From an uncultured Phycisphaerales bacterium (GTDB taxonomy: Bacteria > Planctomycetota > B15-G4 > CAYZWU01), in NCBI GenBank assembly GCA_964620445.1, contig CAZUHB010000004.1, positions 45,461 to 109,460 on the forward strand: a stretch of DNA of 64,000 nt, read 5' to 3'. Shown in pieces: positions 1 through 10,249 of this stretch (positions within the stretch are counted from its first letter, which is position 1; the number at the start of each line of letters is the position of its first letter). Made by a program: the position numbers and the translations under genes. Below the pieces are notes generated by a model. That model was not told the DNA's origin. It saw only the letters and a program-made list of their open reading frames with translations, and searched no databases.

Positions 1-1383
1 GGCGTCTCCAACATGCCCTACTGGAAGATCGACAAGTACGTGCGGCGTCTGCTCGGGCCGAATCCCTTCCGCGCCCACGACGCGATCGGTGCCGCGGGCG
101 CCAACTTCCTCACCTGGTCATGCCTCCATCACCTGGGCGAGCACTACGGCGATCTATTCGCAATACCGTCCGAACTCGACGAGCGCAAGACGAGCGGCGA
201 GAACTGGTACCCGCAGAACCATTTCCGGCCCCTCGTCAACTGGACCCTCGACGATATCGAGGAGGACGAGTTCAACACGTGGATCCTCGGACCGATGATC
301 CAGATGGCGAGCCTGCTCATACACGAGGAGAGGTCGCACTTCGCCCAGATGAACGCCATCGGCGAGCTTTGCGCCCAGTTTCAGCGGGGGATCCTGGCCA
401 CGATCCGTGGCATGGGCTCGGAAAGCGCCCTGCGCACGGTCAAGGCCTATCACGAACGCCACCCCGAGGCGGCAAAGGACTGCTGGTATCCGGCCGCCTT
501 CGAGAGCATGGATACGCCCGCCTGGCAGCAGCTCTACGTCAATGCCGAGCACGACGGCGAGGTGGGGACGATCACGATCGGCCGCGAGAGCTACAACTCG
601 GACGTGAACGCCGAGCTGAACCGCGCCATCGGCTGGCTCAAGGCGGAGGGGATCAAGCAGGTGATCGTCACCGGCGACTTCCACCTCTCCACCCAGCTCG
701 TGGGCGCGGATACGACCGAGTTCTTCCCCGCCCTCGAGGACGAGGCGAAGGGGGTGGCCATCGCCGAGACCTGGTCGCAGACCGCGCGGCGCCTTCACGA
801 GGAGTTCGAGGTGTCGGTCGGCTTCGTGAACGGAAAGCGCTGCCTCGGCGGCATGCTCGAGCTTCTCACCCACTGCCACTATCTGGTCGCTGTGGAGGGC
901 GCCGATCTCGGCATGCCCGAGGTCACCCTGCCCGTGGTGCCCGGCATGGAGGGATGCCACTGGCCGTTCCGCAAGACGGAGCTCGAGAACTGGCCCAAGC
1001 TGCTCGGCCTCCTTCTCGGCGGGCGATCGGTGAAGGCCGAGAACTCGATCGGCTGGCTGGCCGATTACGCGGGCCCGCTCGACGAGGCGCTGAAGACCGC
1101 CTGGGCGATCGCCTCAAAGGGCGATCACAAGATCCCCTTGCGCCCTTTGAACGAGGGCGCGCTGGCCGATCTGCCGCCAGATGCGAGCGGATTCGTGGAA
1201 CCTGCCGATCCGGTCACCGAAGCGGCGCGGGCGGCGATTTTCCAGAACGTGCAAGCGAGCTGCGCGGCGCTTCTTTCCGAGGCGATCACTGTTCAGGCGC
1301 GCCACTCGGGCGGATTCATGACGACGAAGCTCTGCCGGAAGGGCGCCATCGGCGCCGCGTGCACGAAGACGATGGTGATGTGA
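1..1383 (+). CDS. 5'-truncated 3-hydroxyacyl-CoA dehydrogenase / enoyl-CoA hydratase-like protein (crotonase fold at C-terminus)
   Basis: Frame is open from base 1 (GGC GTC TCC AAC ATG). The C-terminal half has crotonase-like segments (VGFVNGKRCLGGMLELLTHCHYLVA, LGMPEVTLPVVPGMEG). Ends with TGA at 1381-1383 followed by a terminator. Confidence 0.65.
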   Translation, partial: GVSNMPYWKIDKYVRRLLGPNPFRAHDAIGAAGANFLTWSCLHHLGEHYGDLFAIPSELDERKTSGENWYPQNHFRPLVNWTLDDIEEDEFNTWILGPMIQMASLLIHEERSHFAQMNAIGELCAQFQRGILATIRGMGSESALRTVKAYHERHPEAAKDCWYPAAFESMDTPAWQQLYVNAEHDGEVGTITIGRESYNSDVNAELNRAIGWLKAEGIKQVIVTGDFHLSTQLVGADTTEFFPALEDEAKGVAIAETWSQTARRLHEEFEVSVGFVNGKRCLGGMLELLTHCHYLVAVEGADLGMPEVTLPVVPGMEGCHWPFRKTELENWPKLLGLLLGGRSVKAENSIGWLADYAGPLDEALKTAWAIASKGDHKIPLRPLNEGALADLPPDASGFVEPADPVTEAARAAIFQNVQASCAALLSEAITVQARHSGGFMTTKLCRKGAIGAACTKTMVM

Positions 1384-1423
1384 AAAAGGGGGCGGATCGC
1401 CGAGGGTGATCCGCCCCCTTTTT
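1383..1423. terminator. Bidirectional intrinsic terminator
   Basis: Perfect 16-bp inverted repeat AAAAAGGGGGCGGATC-N9-GATCCGCCCCCTTTTT between convergent genes, with a U-tract on both strands. Confidence 0.9.
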
Positions 1424-1430
1424 AAAGTTC

Positions 1431-4070
1431 TCATTGCACGACCAGCGCGTCGACGAAGGTAAACCGGGTCCAGGGTCCATTCCACGGCCCCACGAGCGCC
1501 TGAAGATAGTAGATCGCTCCCGGGCTCCACCCCGCGGGCACGGTCACGGGGAGACTGAGAATCCCACTGCCCGGAATCGTGCCGATCGGTCCGGTCCAGA
1601 GGGGCGGCCATTCGAGATAGTAGTCTCCATGCTGGGTCGGGTGGGGCGGAAAGTTCAGGGTCGCTCCCAGGTAGAGGTCGACGGGCAGACCGGGCGCGCC
1701 CACGACCCTGATATCGATCACACTTCCAGGCACCACGCCGCCCGCGTGATAGAGGTGGTAGTAGTACTCGTCGGCGCCGATGTCGGCCGTGCCGAGCGCG
1801 GGACGGGGATCGCCCTCGAAATCGGTCTCGGCAAGACCGGCAGCTCCGTTCGTGCCCGCATCGCGGCAGGGGGAACTCCATGTCAGGTGAAAGTCGTTGT
1901 CAGCCGGATCGGCCAGAAGGGGATCGTCGGGGATATTGCCGGTGCCGGGCCAGCCGCCCGTCACGGCGCAATAGGTCACCTCCACACCGGCCGCCAGGAA
2001 GGAGAGGTCCGGATCGACGACGGCGCTGTTGTTCCAGACGATCGTGTTGGTGATCGTGCAGTTATTGAAGCCTGAGGCGTAGCAGAAGATGCCGCCTCCC
2101 TCGTGGGTGGCGGTGTTCTCGGTCACCGTGTTGTTGACGATGAGAATGTCCCTGTCCGCATCGCAGTAGATCCCGCCGCCGCAGGTGGCCGAGTTGCGGG
2201 CAACGAAGTTGTTCGTCATCGGTGGGGCGCCGTACCTGCAATAGATCCCGCCTCCCAGCCCGAAGGAGCTGTTGATCCAGTTGTCGATGATGAAATTGTT
2301 CTCGATCCGGGCCGCGTGGTCCGTCATGTAGTAGCAGCAGATCGCTCCGCCGCCCACGCTGGCGGAATTGTCCAGGAAAACATTGCCGATCACCTGGGCA
2401 TCGGATCCGGCAAAGAAGATCCCTCCGCCCTCGGCCGCGCTGTTGCCGATGATGAAGTTGTGCCTGATCGTCGGCGACGCGCTTCTCTGGCACAAGATGC
2501 CGCCTCCGGCCGTGTTCGAACCGTTCGTCACGGTGAAACCGTCGAGCACCGATGTCTTCAGACAGCGTTCATCGAAGTAGACGACCGATCCGGAACCTCC
2601 GGCGTCGATGATCGTCACCTCCGGGCCGTGCGTCGACTGGAGAGTGATCGCCTTCCGTTCGAAATCGACCTGTTCGGTGTACGTTCCGGGCGCGACCAGG
2701 ACGGTATAGCCCTCCCAGGCGTGATCGACCGCTTCCCCGATGGTCGGGTAGTCTGCCGGAACGTGGATCACCAGGTCTTCGGGGATGCCGTAAACATAGG
2801 CCGAGCCGGACCAGCTTCCGAGATCGGAAGTCCCGAAAGAACCGCTCACCGACGTACCTCCATGGGTCGAAACAGAGGTACCGAAGAAATCGCTGTGGCC
2901 AACGTCCGACGCGGTGAGCTTGTCTTCGAGCGGCCACGAACCGGTGGCGCTGTTGTAACGGAAAGCGTAGGCCGATCCCCCGTTGTATGCCAGAGCGTCG
3001 TCGAAAGGACAACCGATCAGGGCGAGGTCGCCGTAGATCGAAACCGAGGTGCCGAAATAGTCGTCCTCGTTGCCATCTGGGGCGAGCAACTTGACTTCCT
3101 CGTTCCACGTATTCGAGCCTGAATCATAGCGAAAGACATAGGCTGCCCCGGCGTCGGTCCCGATCTCGCTGTTGTAGGGCACCCCGACCAGGGCCAGGTC
3201 GCCCGAATGGGACACGGCCATACCGAAGAAATCATTGAGTTCGCCGTCGGAGGCGAAGAGCTGGTGCGTATAGCCCCACTGCCCGGTGTACTCGTCGTAG
3301 TGATAGACGAGTACGGAGCCGGCATTGTAGGCAGGATAGTTGTCTTCGCCAGGAACACCGATGAGAGCTGTTTTTCCGCTGACCGAAAGGGACCAGCCGA
3401 AATTGTCCGTGTCCCACGGGAAGTAGTCGATGATTTTTTGTTCATCGTTCCACGATCCTGTCTCGCTGTCGTAACGATAGGCGTAGGCGGCGCCGGCTCC
3501 GGAGCCATTGGCGTCATGAAAAGGCGCCCCCACGAGGGCCACATCTCCCGAGATCGAGACCGAGTAACCGAATTTATCATGAGCAGCGCCGTCAGAGGGG
3601 AGCAGCTTTGCTTCCTCGATCCAGAGCCCCGTTGTTTCGTCGAAACGGAAGATGTAAGCCGATCCCGACTCGACACCGTTGTCCTGGTCCGATATGGAGC
3701 TGATGAGGGCCACGTCTCCGTCGAGCGAAAGTGTTCCGCCGAACCAATCCCCAGGGTCACCGTCGGAGGGCTCGAGCTTGCCTTCCTCGATCCACGTTTC
3801 CGATCCGAGGTCGTAACGAAAGACATAGGCCGCCCCCGGTTCGCTGCCCCCGGATCCGGGTGCGCCGATCAGGGCCTTGTTGAAGGAGATCGAAACGGCT
3901 TGACCGAAAATATCGTCCTCTTCGCCGTCGGAAGCGAGCAGCTTGGCGTCCTCGTTGACGCGGGCGTCCAATCCGGGCGCAGCGAAGAGAAAAAGGACGA
4001 GAAAGAAACCGATTCCCAGGGACCGGAAGGATCGGACTTGGCGTGACAGGTTGTCGTGATCATAGCGCAT
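1431..4070 (-). CDS. Secreted FG-GAP repeat beta-propeller + right-handed parallel beta-helix protein with C-terminal domain
   Basis: Signal peptide; repeated 'D.FG.SVSISGD.ALVGAP....GAAYVF' units; 'IHVPADYPTIGEAVD' beta-helix cap; repeated GGGI-x-C turns. Confidence 0.85.
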   Translation of the reverse strand: MRYDHDNLSRQVRSFRSLGIGFFLVLFLFAAPGLDARVNEDAKLLASDGEEDDIFGQAVSISFNKALIGAPGSGGSEPGAAYVFRYDLGSETWIEEGKLEPSDGDPGDWFGGTLSLDGDVALISSISDQDNGVESGSAYIFRFDETTGLWIEEAKLLPSDGAAHDKFGYSVSISGDVALVGAPFHDANGSGAGAAYAYRYDSETGSWNDEQKIIDYFPWDTDNFGWSLSVSGKTALIGVPGEDNYPAYNAGSVLVYHYDEYTGQWGYTHQLFASDGELNDFFGMAVSHSGDLALVGVPYNSEIGTDAGAAYVFRYDSGSNTWNEEVKLLAPDGNEDDYFGTSVSIYGDLALIGCPFDDALAYNGGSAYAFRYNSATGSWPLEDKLTASDVGHSDFFGTSVSTHGGTSVSGSFGTSDLGSWSGSAYVYGIPEDLVIHVPADYPTIGEAVDHAWEGYTVLVAPGTYTEQVDFERKAITLQSTHGPEVTIIDAGGSGSVVYFDERCLKTSVLDGFTVTNGSNTAGGGILCQRSASPTIRHNFIIGNSAAEGGGIFFAGSDAQVIGNVFLDNSASVGGGAICCYYMTDHAARIENNFIIDNWINSSFGLGGGIYCRYGAPPMTNNFVARNSATCGGGIYCDADRDILIVNNTVTENTATHEGGGIFCYASGFNNCTITNTIVWNNSAVVDPDLSFLAAGVEVTYCAVTGGWPGTGNIPDDPLLADPADNDFHLTWSSPCRDAGTNGAAGLAETDFEGDPRPALGTADIGADEYYYHLYHAGGVVPGSVIDIRVVGAPGLPVDLYLGATLNFPPHPTQHGDYYLEWPPLWTGPIGTIPGSGILSLPVTVPAGWSPGAIYYLQALVGPWNGPWTRFTFVDALVVQ

Positions 4071-4311
4071 CGTTTTTCATCCTCCGTAAGAAAACGCGGG
4101 TGAGTTGGCGAGAGGAGTATTCCTGCAATCCATAGCGAAATCGGGGAGAGATTCTCGCAACGTGATCGCCAATTTCTCTCGAAAAAGATGGATCTTTCGA
4201 CTTAGATCGGGGGAAACAGCTGCAAATTGGCCGGATAGTTTGACTGATTGATCACAGTTGATGATATAATGAGCAATATTAATAAGTCGACGAATTAGGG
4301 AGTTTCCCCCA

Positions 4312-4833
4312 GTGCAACCCAAAGGCGATCATGGCCAGGACGAAGCGATCTTTCCCTTGGTTTACGAGGAGCTTCGCGCCCTGGCCAAGCGCCAGATGAT
4401 CAAGGAAAACCCGGGCCACACCCTGCAGACCACGGCGCTCGTTCACGAGGCCTACATCCGCCTCAAGGAGTTTTCGGGCGCGAACTGGAACGACAAATCC
4501 CACTACCTCCGCGTGGCGGCCCGCGCCATGCGCCATGTGCTCGTCGACCATGCGCGCCGCAAGCGATCACTGAAGAAGGGCGGCAACTGGCGCAAGGTGC
4601 CCTTCGAGGTGGCGGGCGCTTTTCTGGTGGAAACGACGGTCGATCTCATCGCCCTCGACGAGTCGCTCACCAAGCTCTTCGCAGAGGACGAACAGCTCGG
4701 CCGCCTCGTGGAGCTGCGTTTCTTCGGCGGCCTCACCGTGGACGAGACCGCCCGGGTCCTGGGCGTCTCGCCCCGCACGGTGAGCAACGACTGGCGCATG
4801 GCCAAGGCCTGGCTCCGCGACGAGATGGAATAG
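4312..4833 (+). CDS. ECF-type RNA polymerase sigma factor (TIGR02999 / planctomycete-type)
   Basis: Motifs LVYEELRALA, TLQTTALVHEAYIRL and VELRFFGGLTVDETARVLGVSPRTVSNDWRMAKAWL. Confidence 0.92.
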   Translation: MQPKGDHGQDEAIFPLVYEELRALAKRQMIKENPGHTLQTTALVHEAYIRLKEFSGANWNDKSHYLRVAARAMRHVLVDHARRKRSLKKGGNWRKVPFEVAGAFLVETTVDLIALDESLTKLFAEDEQLGRLVELRFFGGLTVDETARVLGVSPRTVSNDWRMAKAWLRDEME

Positions 4834-4842
4834 TCGATCCTG

Positions 4843-7449
4843 TCATGGTGTGGGAGGCAGGGACGCGGCCGGCCGCACCCCGTAATCGAAGAATCGGTTG
4901 CTCGAACTGGTACTGGACTGGAAAGAGGATCGGCTGTTTTCAGCCCAGCAGGCCCAGCTCCCGCCCCGGAAGACACGGTTCAATGATCCGCCGAAAGTTC
5001 CGTCATCGTCGAGAAGACTCTTGTCCGGCAGAACACCGTCCTGACACCACTCCATCACATTTCCCATGACGTCGTGAAGGCCGAAGGGATTGGGATCGAG
5101 ACGACCGACTGGTTGGTGCACGGCATAACCGTCCTCCCAATCCTCGCAGGGATTCTTGTAGGCATCATATGATCGGCAGGTTTTGTCGCGAACATTGGCG
5201 GCCCGCTTGATGCTTTTCTCGACATCGCCCGTCCACCAGGTCGTGGTTGTACCAGCCCGGATCGCGTACTCCCACTCCGCCGCGGTCGGAAGGCGCAGAT
5301 CGACGCGGGGTAGAAGGGCCGCGCAATCATCCCAGCTCACCATCTCCACCGGATTGAGGAGGGAGATTATCTGATCGGCCCGATTCTGACCGGCCTTCAT
5401 CTGGCTCGGATTCTGGCCCGCGATCCGGAGCCACTGCCCCTGGGTCATCTCGTACTTCGAGAGAAAGAAGGGCTCGAGCACGTGTTCGCGTTCCGACTCG
5501 GCGGTCTTCAATTTCCCCCCCGGAATCAGCACGAACACCAGCCCGCACAGGTCGGAAAGCTGGAGTCTACCGTCTATGTCGCGTGCGGGAATCGTTCCGG
5601 TCCGCAGGTGGGCGAACTCGAAGAGCCCCGAGTTCGGATCCGCGCCGAGGGGCACGAGACCGATCGTCGGTTCGATCGTGAGGCCTCCGTAACAGGGAAA
5701 CCGCGTCTCGTCGGCGATAGAGGCGATGGCGCTGTCCCACGCGTCGCGATGGTCATCGATGCTTTTCTTTGTCACTGTCCGTGCGAAGATCCAGCGCTCC
5801 CGAACCTTGCCGGCCAAGCCCTTGTCCGGGTCGACGAAGGCTTCCAGCTTTTCGACCAGCGCTGTGAGAATGTCGTGCTGCCACTTGATCTTGGGATCGT
5901 CGAAAACCCACAGGCGGCGCTTGAAGATGTCCGCCTCGAGTTCGTCGATCATCGTCACCATCGGGTCGAAATCGTACTTCATTTCCTTCATGCTCTGGAG
6001 CTGCGCCTTTGACCCGCCCTTGCCTTCGGCCTCGATTCGGGTCTGGAGGTCCGACATACGCTTTTCGATGTCGACGCGCTGTTTCTTCAAGTGAACGTAG
6101 GTGGCCCACATCGGGTGGGATTCCCTGTCCCTCTGCTTTATCGACTCGTCGTAGGTCAGAGCCTTTTTACGCAGCCTATCCAGGGTGCGGCGGTGCACGA
6201 CGAGCCGGCCGGCGAGTTCCTCGGCGCTGTCGATCCAGGATTCGAATCCGGCCAACTTTCGAGGATGGGCCGGATAAAGGATCTTCTCCGATTTTTCGAG
6301 ACGCGCGAGGAGCGTCACGTCGGAGAGGCGAGTGATCTCGGCATAGGCTCTCAATATCCTTTCCCTTTCGGTCTTGAGCTGGGGATAGGCAAAGAAGAGC
6401 ATATAGCTTAAAAACCCTGTCAATGCGGCAAGCACGAGAGTGGCCGCTGCGCTCACCACGGGGTTTCGGCGCGCCCATTTCCAGATCCGCTCGAGCGCGC
6501 CGGCGGGCCTTGCGAGAATCGGCTTTCCGTCCAGATAGCGCCGGACGTCGTCCGCAAATGCGGCCACCGAACCGTAGCGGTTCGATCGTTCTTTCTCCAG
6601 AGCTTTTAGTACGATCGTCTCCAGATCACCGTGCAGGCCGGCATCGATTGCCGAGGGCTTTCGGGGAGGGCGGTCTATGATGATGCCGGCCGCTTCGAAA
6701 ATCGCCGCTCCCTGCAAGTCGTAGGGGAGGCGTCCACAAAGGAGTTCGAAGAGGAGCACCCCGAGGCTGTAGACATCGCTGGTGAAATCGATCTTTTCCG
6801 GATCAGCCTCGCACTGCTCGGGCGACATGTACTGCACCGTGCCCACGAGCTGTCCCACGGCCGTATGCATGGTGGTGAGAGCGATGTCCGCGTCGAGGGC
6901 TCGCGCGACGCCGAAATCGATGACCTTCACCTTCGCATGGGGATCAACGAGGATGTTGTTCGGTTTCAGATCGCGGTGGAGGATGCTCTTCTGATGGCCA
7001 TGCTCCACACCGCTACAGGCTTTCAAGAACAGCTCGAGCCGTTCCCGGCGGGAGAGGCCCTCGTCGCGGGCGAAATCAGTGATCGATCGCGCGTCGGGAA
7101 CGTACTCCATCACCAGATAGGGAATGCCGGCGTCACTTTCATCGGTCACGACTCCATCGGGGCAGTGGGTTCCGGCCTCGATCACCTGGGCGATGTTGGG
7201 ATGGGAGAGCTCGGCCAGGATCTGCGCCTCGTAGGCGAAACGCCGCTTCTGGGCAGCGCTGGCCGCCAGTTCCGGTCGCATCAGCTTGACAGCCACACGG
7301 CGTTCCGTGCTCTCCTGGACAGCCTCGTAAACAAGACCCATCCCGCCTGAGTGCAGAGGCCGGACGATCCTGTACTGGCCGATCCGCGCGAGAGGCGGCA
7401 TGGCCGGTCTCGGATCCAAAGTCGGATTATCTTCGCCTGAGTCTATCAT
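4843..7449 (-). CDS. Membrane Ser/Thr protein kinase with C-terminal FGE-sulfatase (SUMF1/EgtB/PvdO-like) domain
   Basis: SGGMGLVY, VAVK, HRDLKPNN, DFGVA, GTVQYMSPEQ; one TM segment; FFLSKYEMTQGQW, LPTAAEWEYAIRAG, NPFGLHDVMGNVMEWC, RGGSW. Confidence 0.92.
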   Translation of the reverse strand: MIDSGEDNPTLDPRPAMPPLARIGQYRIVRPLHSGGMGLVYEAVQESTERRVAVKLMRPELAASAAQKRRFAYEAQILAELSHPNIAQVIEAGTHCPDGVVTDESDAGIPYLVMEYVPDARSITDFARDEGLSRRERLELFLKACSGVEHGHQKSILHRDLKPNNILVDPHAKVKVIDFGVARALDADIALTTMHTAVGQLVGTVQYMSPEQCEADPEKIDFTSDVYSLGVLLFELLCGRLPYDLQGAAIFEAAGIIIDRPPRKPSAIDAGLHGDLETIVLKALEKERSNRYGSVAAFADDVRRYLDGKPILARPAGALERIWKWARRNPVVSAAATLVLAALTGFLSYMLFFAYPQLKTERERILRAYAEITRLSDVTLLARLEKSEKILYPAHPRKLAGFESWIDSAEELAGRLVVHRRTLDRLRKKALTYDESIKQRDRESHPMWATYVHLKKQRVDIEKRMSDLQTRIEAEGKGGSKAQLQSMKEMKYDFDPMVTMIDELEADIFKRRLWVFDDPKIKWQHDILTALVEKLEAFVDPDKGLAGKVRERWIFARTVTKKSIDDHRDAWDSAIASIADETRFPCYGGLTIEPTIGLVPLGADPNSGLFEFAHLRTGTIPARDIDGRLQLSDLCGLVFVLIPGGKLKTAESEREHVLEPFFLSKYEMTQGQWLRIAGQNPSQMKAGQNRADQIISLLNPVEMVSWDDCAALLPRVDLRLPTAAEWEYAIRAGTTTTWWTGDVEKSIKRAANVRDKTCRSYDAYKNPCEDWEDGYAVHQPVGRLDPNPFGLHDVMGNVMEWCQDGVLPDKSLLDDDGTFGGSLNRVFRGGSWACWAENSRSSFQSSTSSSNRFFDYGVRPAASLPPTP

Positions 7450-7450
7450 G

Positions 7451-10249
7451 TCACTCCAGAGACGCGGCAGGCCGGCAACCGAGCAGAGGCGAATTGTTCA
7501 CGGGACGCTCAAAACTGCGACCGGCGGAGGTACAGCCCAGGGCGGACTGTTGCCAATTGCCTCCCCGGTTCATTCGCTTTATCGTTTGTGCCGACAGATA
7601 GACGGAGCCATCTGCCGGTTTGGTGTTATAGGTGGAAACGTAATTGTCCTGACACCATTCCGACAGGTTGCCGCAAACATCGTGGAGGCCGAACGGATTG
7701 GGAAGATAGGCGCCCACCGGTGCGTGCACCGCGTGCCCATCATCCCAAGCCTCGACACCGCTCGCGTCCGGATCGAAATGCGTCCTGAATCGCTCGTCCC
7801 TGAGATTGACCTTGCCGGCAAGGCTCGAGGCGTCGTTTCCCATCCACCAGATAGAGGAAGTTCCGGCCCGCGCCGCATATTCCCACTCCGACTCCGTCGG
7901 CAACCTGAGGCCCAGACGGCCGAGAACGTCGGCGCAGTCGTTCCAGCTGACCATTTCCACCGGATTGAGAAGGCTGAGCCGCTCGCTTTCGAAATCGGCC
8001 GCGGGTCCGAACCGGCTAGGATTTTCACCTGTAAAACGAAACCATTGAGCCTGGGTCATTTCGTACTTGGAAAGAAGAAAGGGCTGAATCGCGACCGCAA
8101 GGAGCGGTTGGGTGGTGAAGCTCGCTCCGGGATCGACGTGGGCCGAACCGAGGGGGTGCTCCTCCGACGGGGGAATGGCTCCCATCTTGAATGAACCGCC
8201 GGGAATCAGGACGAAGACGAGACCGGTCTCCTCCGTGATGGCGAGGCTGCCGTCAGGGCCGCGCTCTGGAATCTCCCCCGTCTGAAGATGGGCGAACTCC
8301 CACAGCCCCGTGCGCGGATCTTGTCCGAGGGGAAAGAACCCGGCCTTCTGTTTCACGGTCAAACCGCCATACTGCGGGCAGAGAGCTTCGTCGGCAATGG
8401 ATGCGGTCGTCTCTTCCCAGGCGGCCCGATGCTTCGCGAAATCCTTTTCGAGCCTTCTCGCAGATTCGCGTCTCTTCAAGATGTCCCGGAGCAAGCCCTG
8501 GGCGGGATCTTTCAGCGCATCGAGCCCTTGCGTCAGGTCGGCGAGGACATCGTGCTGCCACCGGCGTTCCACCTTCTCGAATTCCCAGGTGCGGTACCGG
8601 GCGATCTCTTTCTCCAGCGCGCGGATCCGGTCTCTTGTCCGTGCAAGGTGCCCTTTCAATCCGGCAGTAGGATCCGAAAGGAAACCTTCTTCCTCGAGCT
8701 CCGCGATTCTTTTGGAAAGCTTTTTTTCCGTTGTACGCAGCGCCACGAGTTCGGGCCAGTCGCGGTGGCTTTCGCGGTCCCGCTTCCTGGCGGCCTCGTC
8801 GTAGGACTGGGCGTCCGACCGAAGAGCGTCAAGGGTGCGGCGATGGACGGGGCCGCGGTCGAGGAGCTGCTCGGCCTGATCGATCCAGGTGTTCAGGTCT
8901 CCGATCCGGACGGGCAGAGCGGGCCAGAGTGTTTCGGCTTGTGCCACGAGATTGGCGAGCTGCTTCATGTCGGCGAGGCGCAGGATCTGGTCGTAGGCTT
9001 CGGTGGTCTTGTTTTTCTCCGAAAGGATTTTTGGATAGGACCAGAGCAGCACGTAGCCGATGATTCCCACGACAACGATCATGGCCGCACAGATCGCCGG
9101 GTTCTTGAGCGCCCATTTGCGGAGTTTTCTCGATAATCCCGCGGGCCTGGCCTTGATCACCTTTCCGTCCAGGAAGCGGCCGATGTCGGCCGCGAGCTCG
9201 TCCGCGTTCTGGTAGCGGTGCTGGCGGTCTTTTTCAAGAGCCTTCAGAATGATCGTTTCCAGGTCCCCTCTCAGGGATTTCTTGACGAACGATGGTTTCT
9301 CGGGGGCGACTTCGCAGATCCGCCGCGCCGCTTCGAATACCGTCGTGTTTCGAACCTTGTAGGGGAGTTTGCCGCAGAGCAGCTCGTAAAGGACGACGCC
9401 GAGCGAATAGACATCGCTGCGGATATCGAGGCTGTCCGGATCAGCCTTGCACTGCTCGGGCGACATGTACTGGACCGTGCCGATGAGCTGGCCCGCTTCG
9501 GTGTGGGCCGCGGTGAGGGCGATGTCCGCATCGGCGGCCCGCGCCACGCCGAAGTCGATGACCTTGACCTGCCCGTGAGCGTCCACCAGGATGTTGCTCG
9601 GTTTCAGATCCCGGTGGATGATGCCCGCGTTGTGCCCGTGGTGCACCGCGTCGCAGACCTGGAGAAAGAGTCCGAGCCTCTGCTTCAGGCTCAGTCCGTT
9701 TTCGAGCACATGGTCGGTGATGAGAACCGCGTCGGGAATGTACTCCATCACGAAGTAGGGGATACCTGTTTCATCTGCTCCCGATCGGGAGATCGTATCG
9801 TGGAAGCCGGCATCTATGACCCGGGCAATGTTCGGATGTCTGAGCTTGGCCAGGATATAGGCCTCGTACTCGAAACGGCGCTGGATCGATCCGAAGAGGA
9901 GTCCTTTCTTCAGCATCTTGACCGCCACCGTGCGCCGCGGATCTTCTTGCTCGGCCTCGTAGACCGTGCCCATTCCGCCGGAAGCGATGGTGCGCTTCAG
10001 GATGTATTTTCCGATCCGCGATCCGCGATCGAGCCGCTCCGGCTCTTCGGGCCGCAGCGCGGAGACGACGGGGGCGTCCTCGAGGAAACAGTTTTTTTCC
10101 ACCCCGAAGGCGAGCATCCTCTCCACCTTGCGTCGCAGCCGGGTGTCGCCGCCGCAGGCACCGTCGATAAAGGCGGCGCGCTCACCGGGCGGGCGTTCCA
10201 TGGCCGCATTGAAAATCTCCTTGAGGCGTTGAAAGAAATCGCTGGCCAT
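7451..10249 (-). CDS. Membrane Ser/Thr protein kinase with C-terminal FGE-sulfatase domain (tandem paralog)
   Basis: SGGMGTVY, HRDLKPSN, DFGVA, GTVQYMSPEQ; TM segment; LPTESEWEYAARAG, NPFGLHDVCGNLSEWC. Its stop is separated by 1 nt from the downstream kinase start. Confidence 0.92.
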   Translation of the reverse strand: MASDFFQRLKEIFNAAMERPPGERAAFIDGACGGDTRLRRKVERMLAFGVEKNCFLEDAPVVSALRPEEPERLDRGSRIGKYILKRTIASGGMGTVYEAEQEDPRRTVAVKMLKKGLLFGSIQRRFEYEAYILAKLRHPNIARVIDAGFHDTISRSGADETGIPYFVMEYIPDAVLITDHVLENGLSLKQRLGLFLQVCDAVHHGHNAGIIHRDLKPSNILVDAHGQVKVIDFGVARAADADIALTAAHTEAGQLIGTVQYMSPEQCKADPDSLDIRSDVYSLGVVLYELLCGKLPYKVRNTTVFEAARRICEVAPEKPSFVKKSLRGDLETIILKALEKDRQHRYQNADELAADIGRFLDGKVIKARPAGLSRKLRKWALKNPAICAAMIVVVGIIGYVLLWSYPKILSEKNKTTEAYDQILRLADMKQLANLVAQAETLWPALPVRIGDLNTWIDQAEQLLDRGPVHRRTLDALRSDAQSYDEAARKRDRESHRDWPELVALRTTEKKLSKRIAELEEEGFLSDPTAGLKGHLARTRDRIRALEKEIARYRTWEFEKVERRWQHDVLADLTQGLDALKDPAQGLLRDILKRRESARRLEKDFAKHRAAWEETTASIADEALCPQYGGLTVKQKAGFFPLGQDPRTGLWEFAHLQTGEIPERGPDGSLAITEETGLVFVLIPGGSFKMGAIPPSEEHPLGSAHVDPGASFTTQPLLAVAIQPFLLSKYEMTQAQWFRFTGENPSRFGPAADFESERLSLLNPVEMVSWNDCADVLGRLGLRLPTESEWEYAARAGTSSIWWMGNDASSLAGKVNLRDERFRTHFDPDASGVEAWDDGHAVHAPVGAYLPNPFGLHDVCGNLSEWCQDNYVSTYNTKPADGSVYLSAQTIKRMNRGGNWQQSALGCTSAGRSFERPVNNSPLLGCRPAASLE

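Noticed and set aside
4843-10249. Kinase FGE domains as the sulfatase-activating enzyme
   Set aside because: They lack the Cys-rich catalytic core of true formylglycine-generating enzymes and are fused to membrane kinases.
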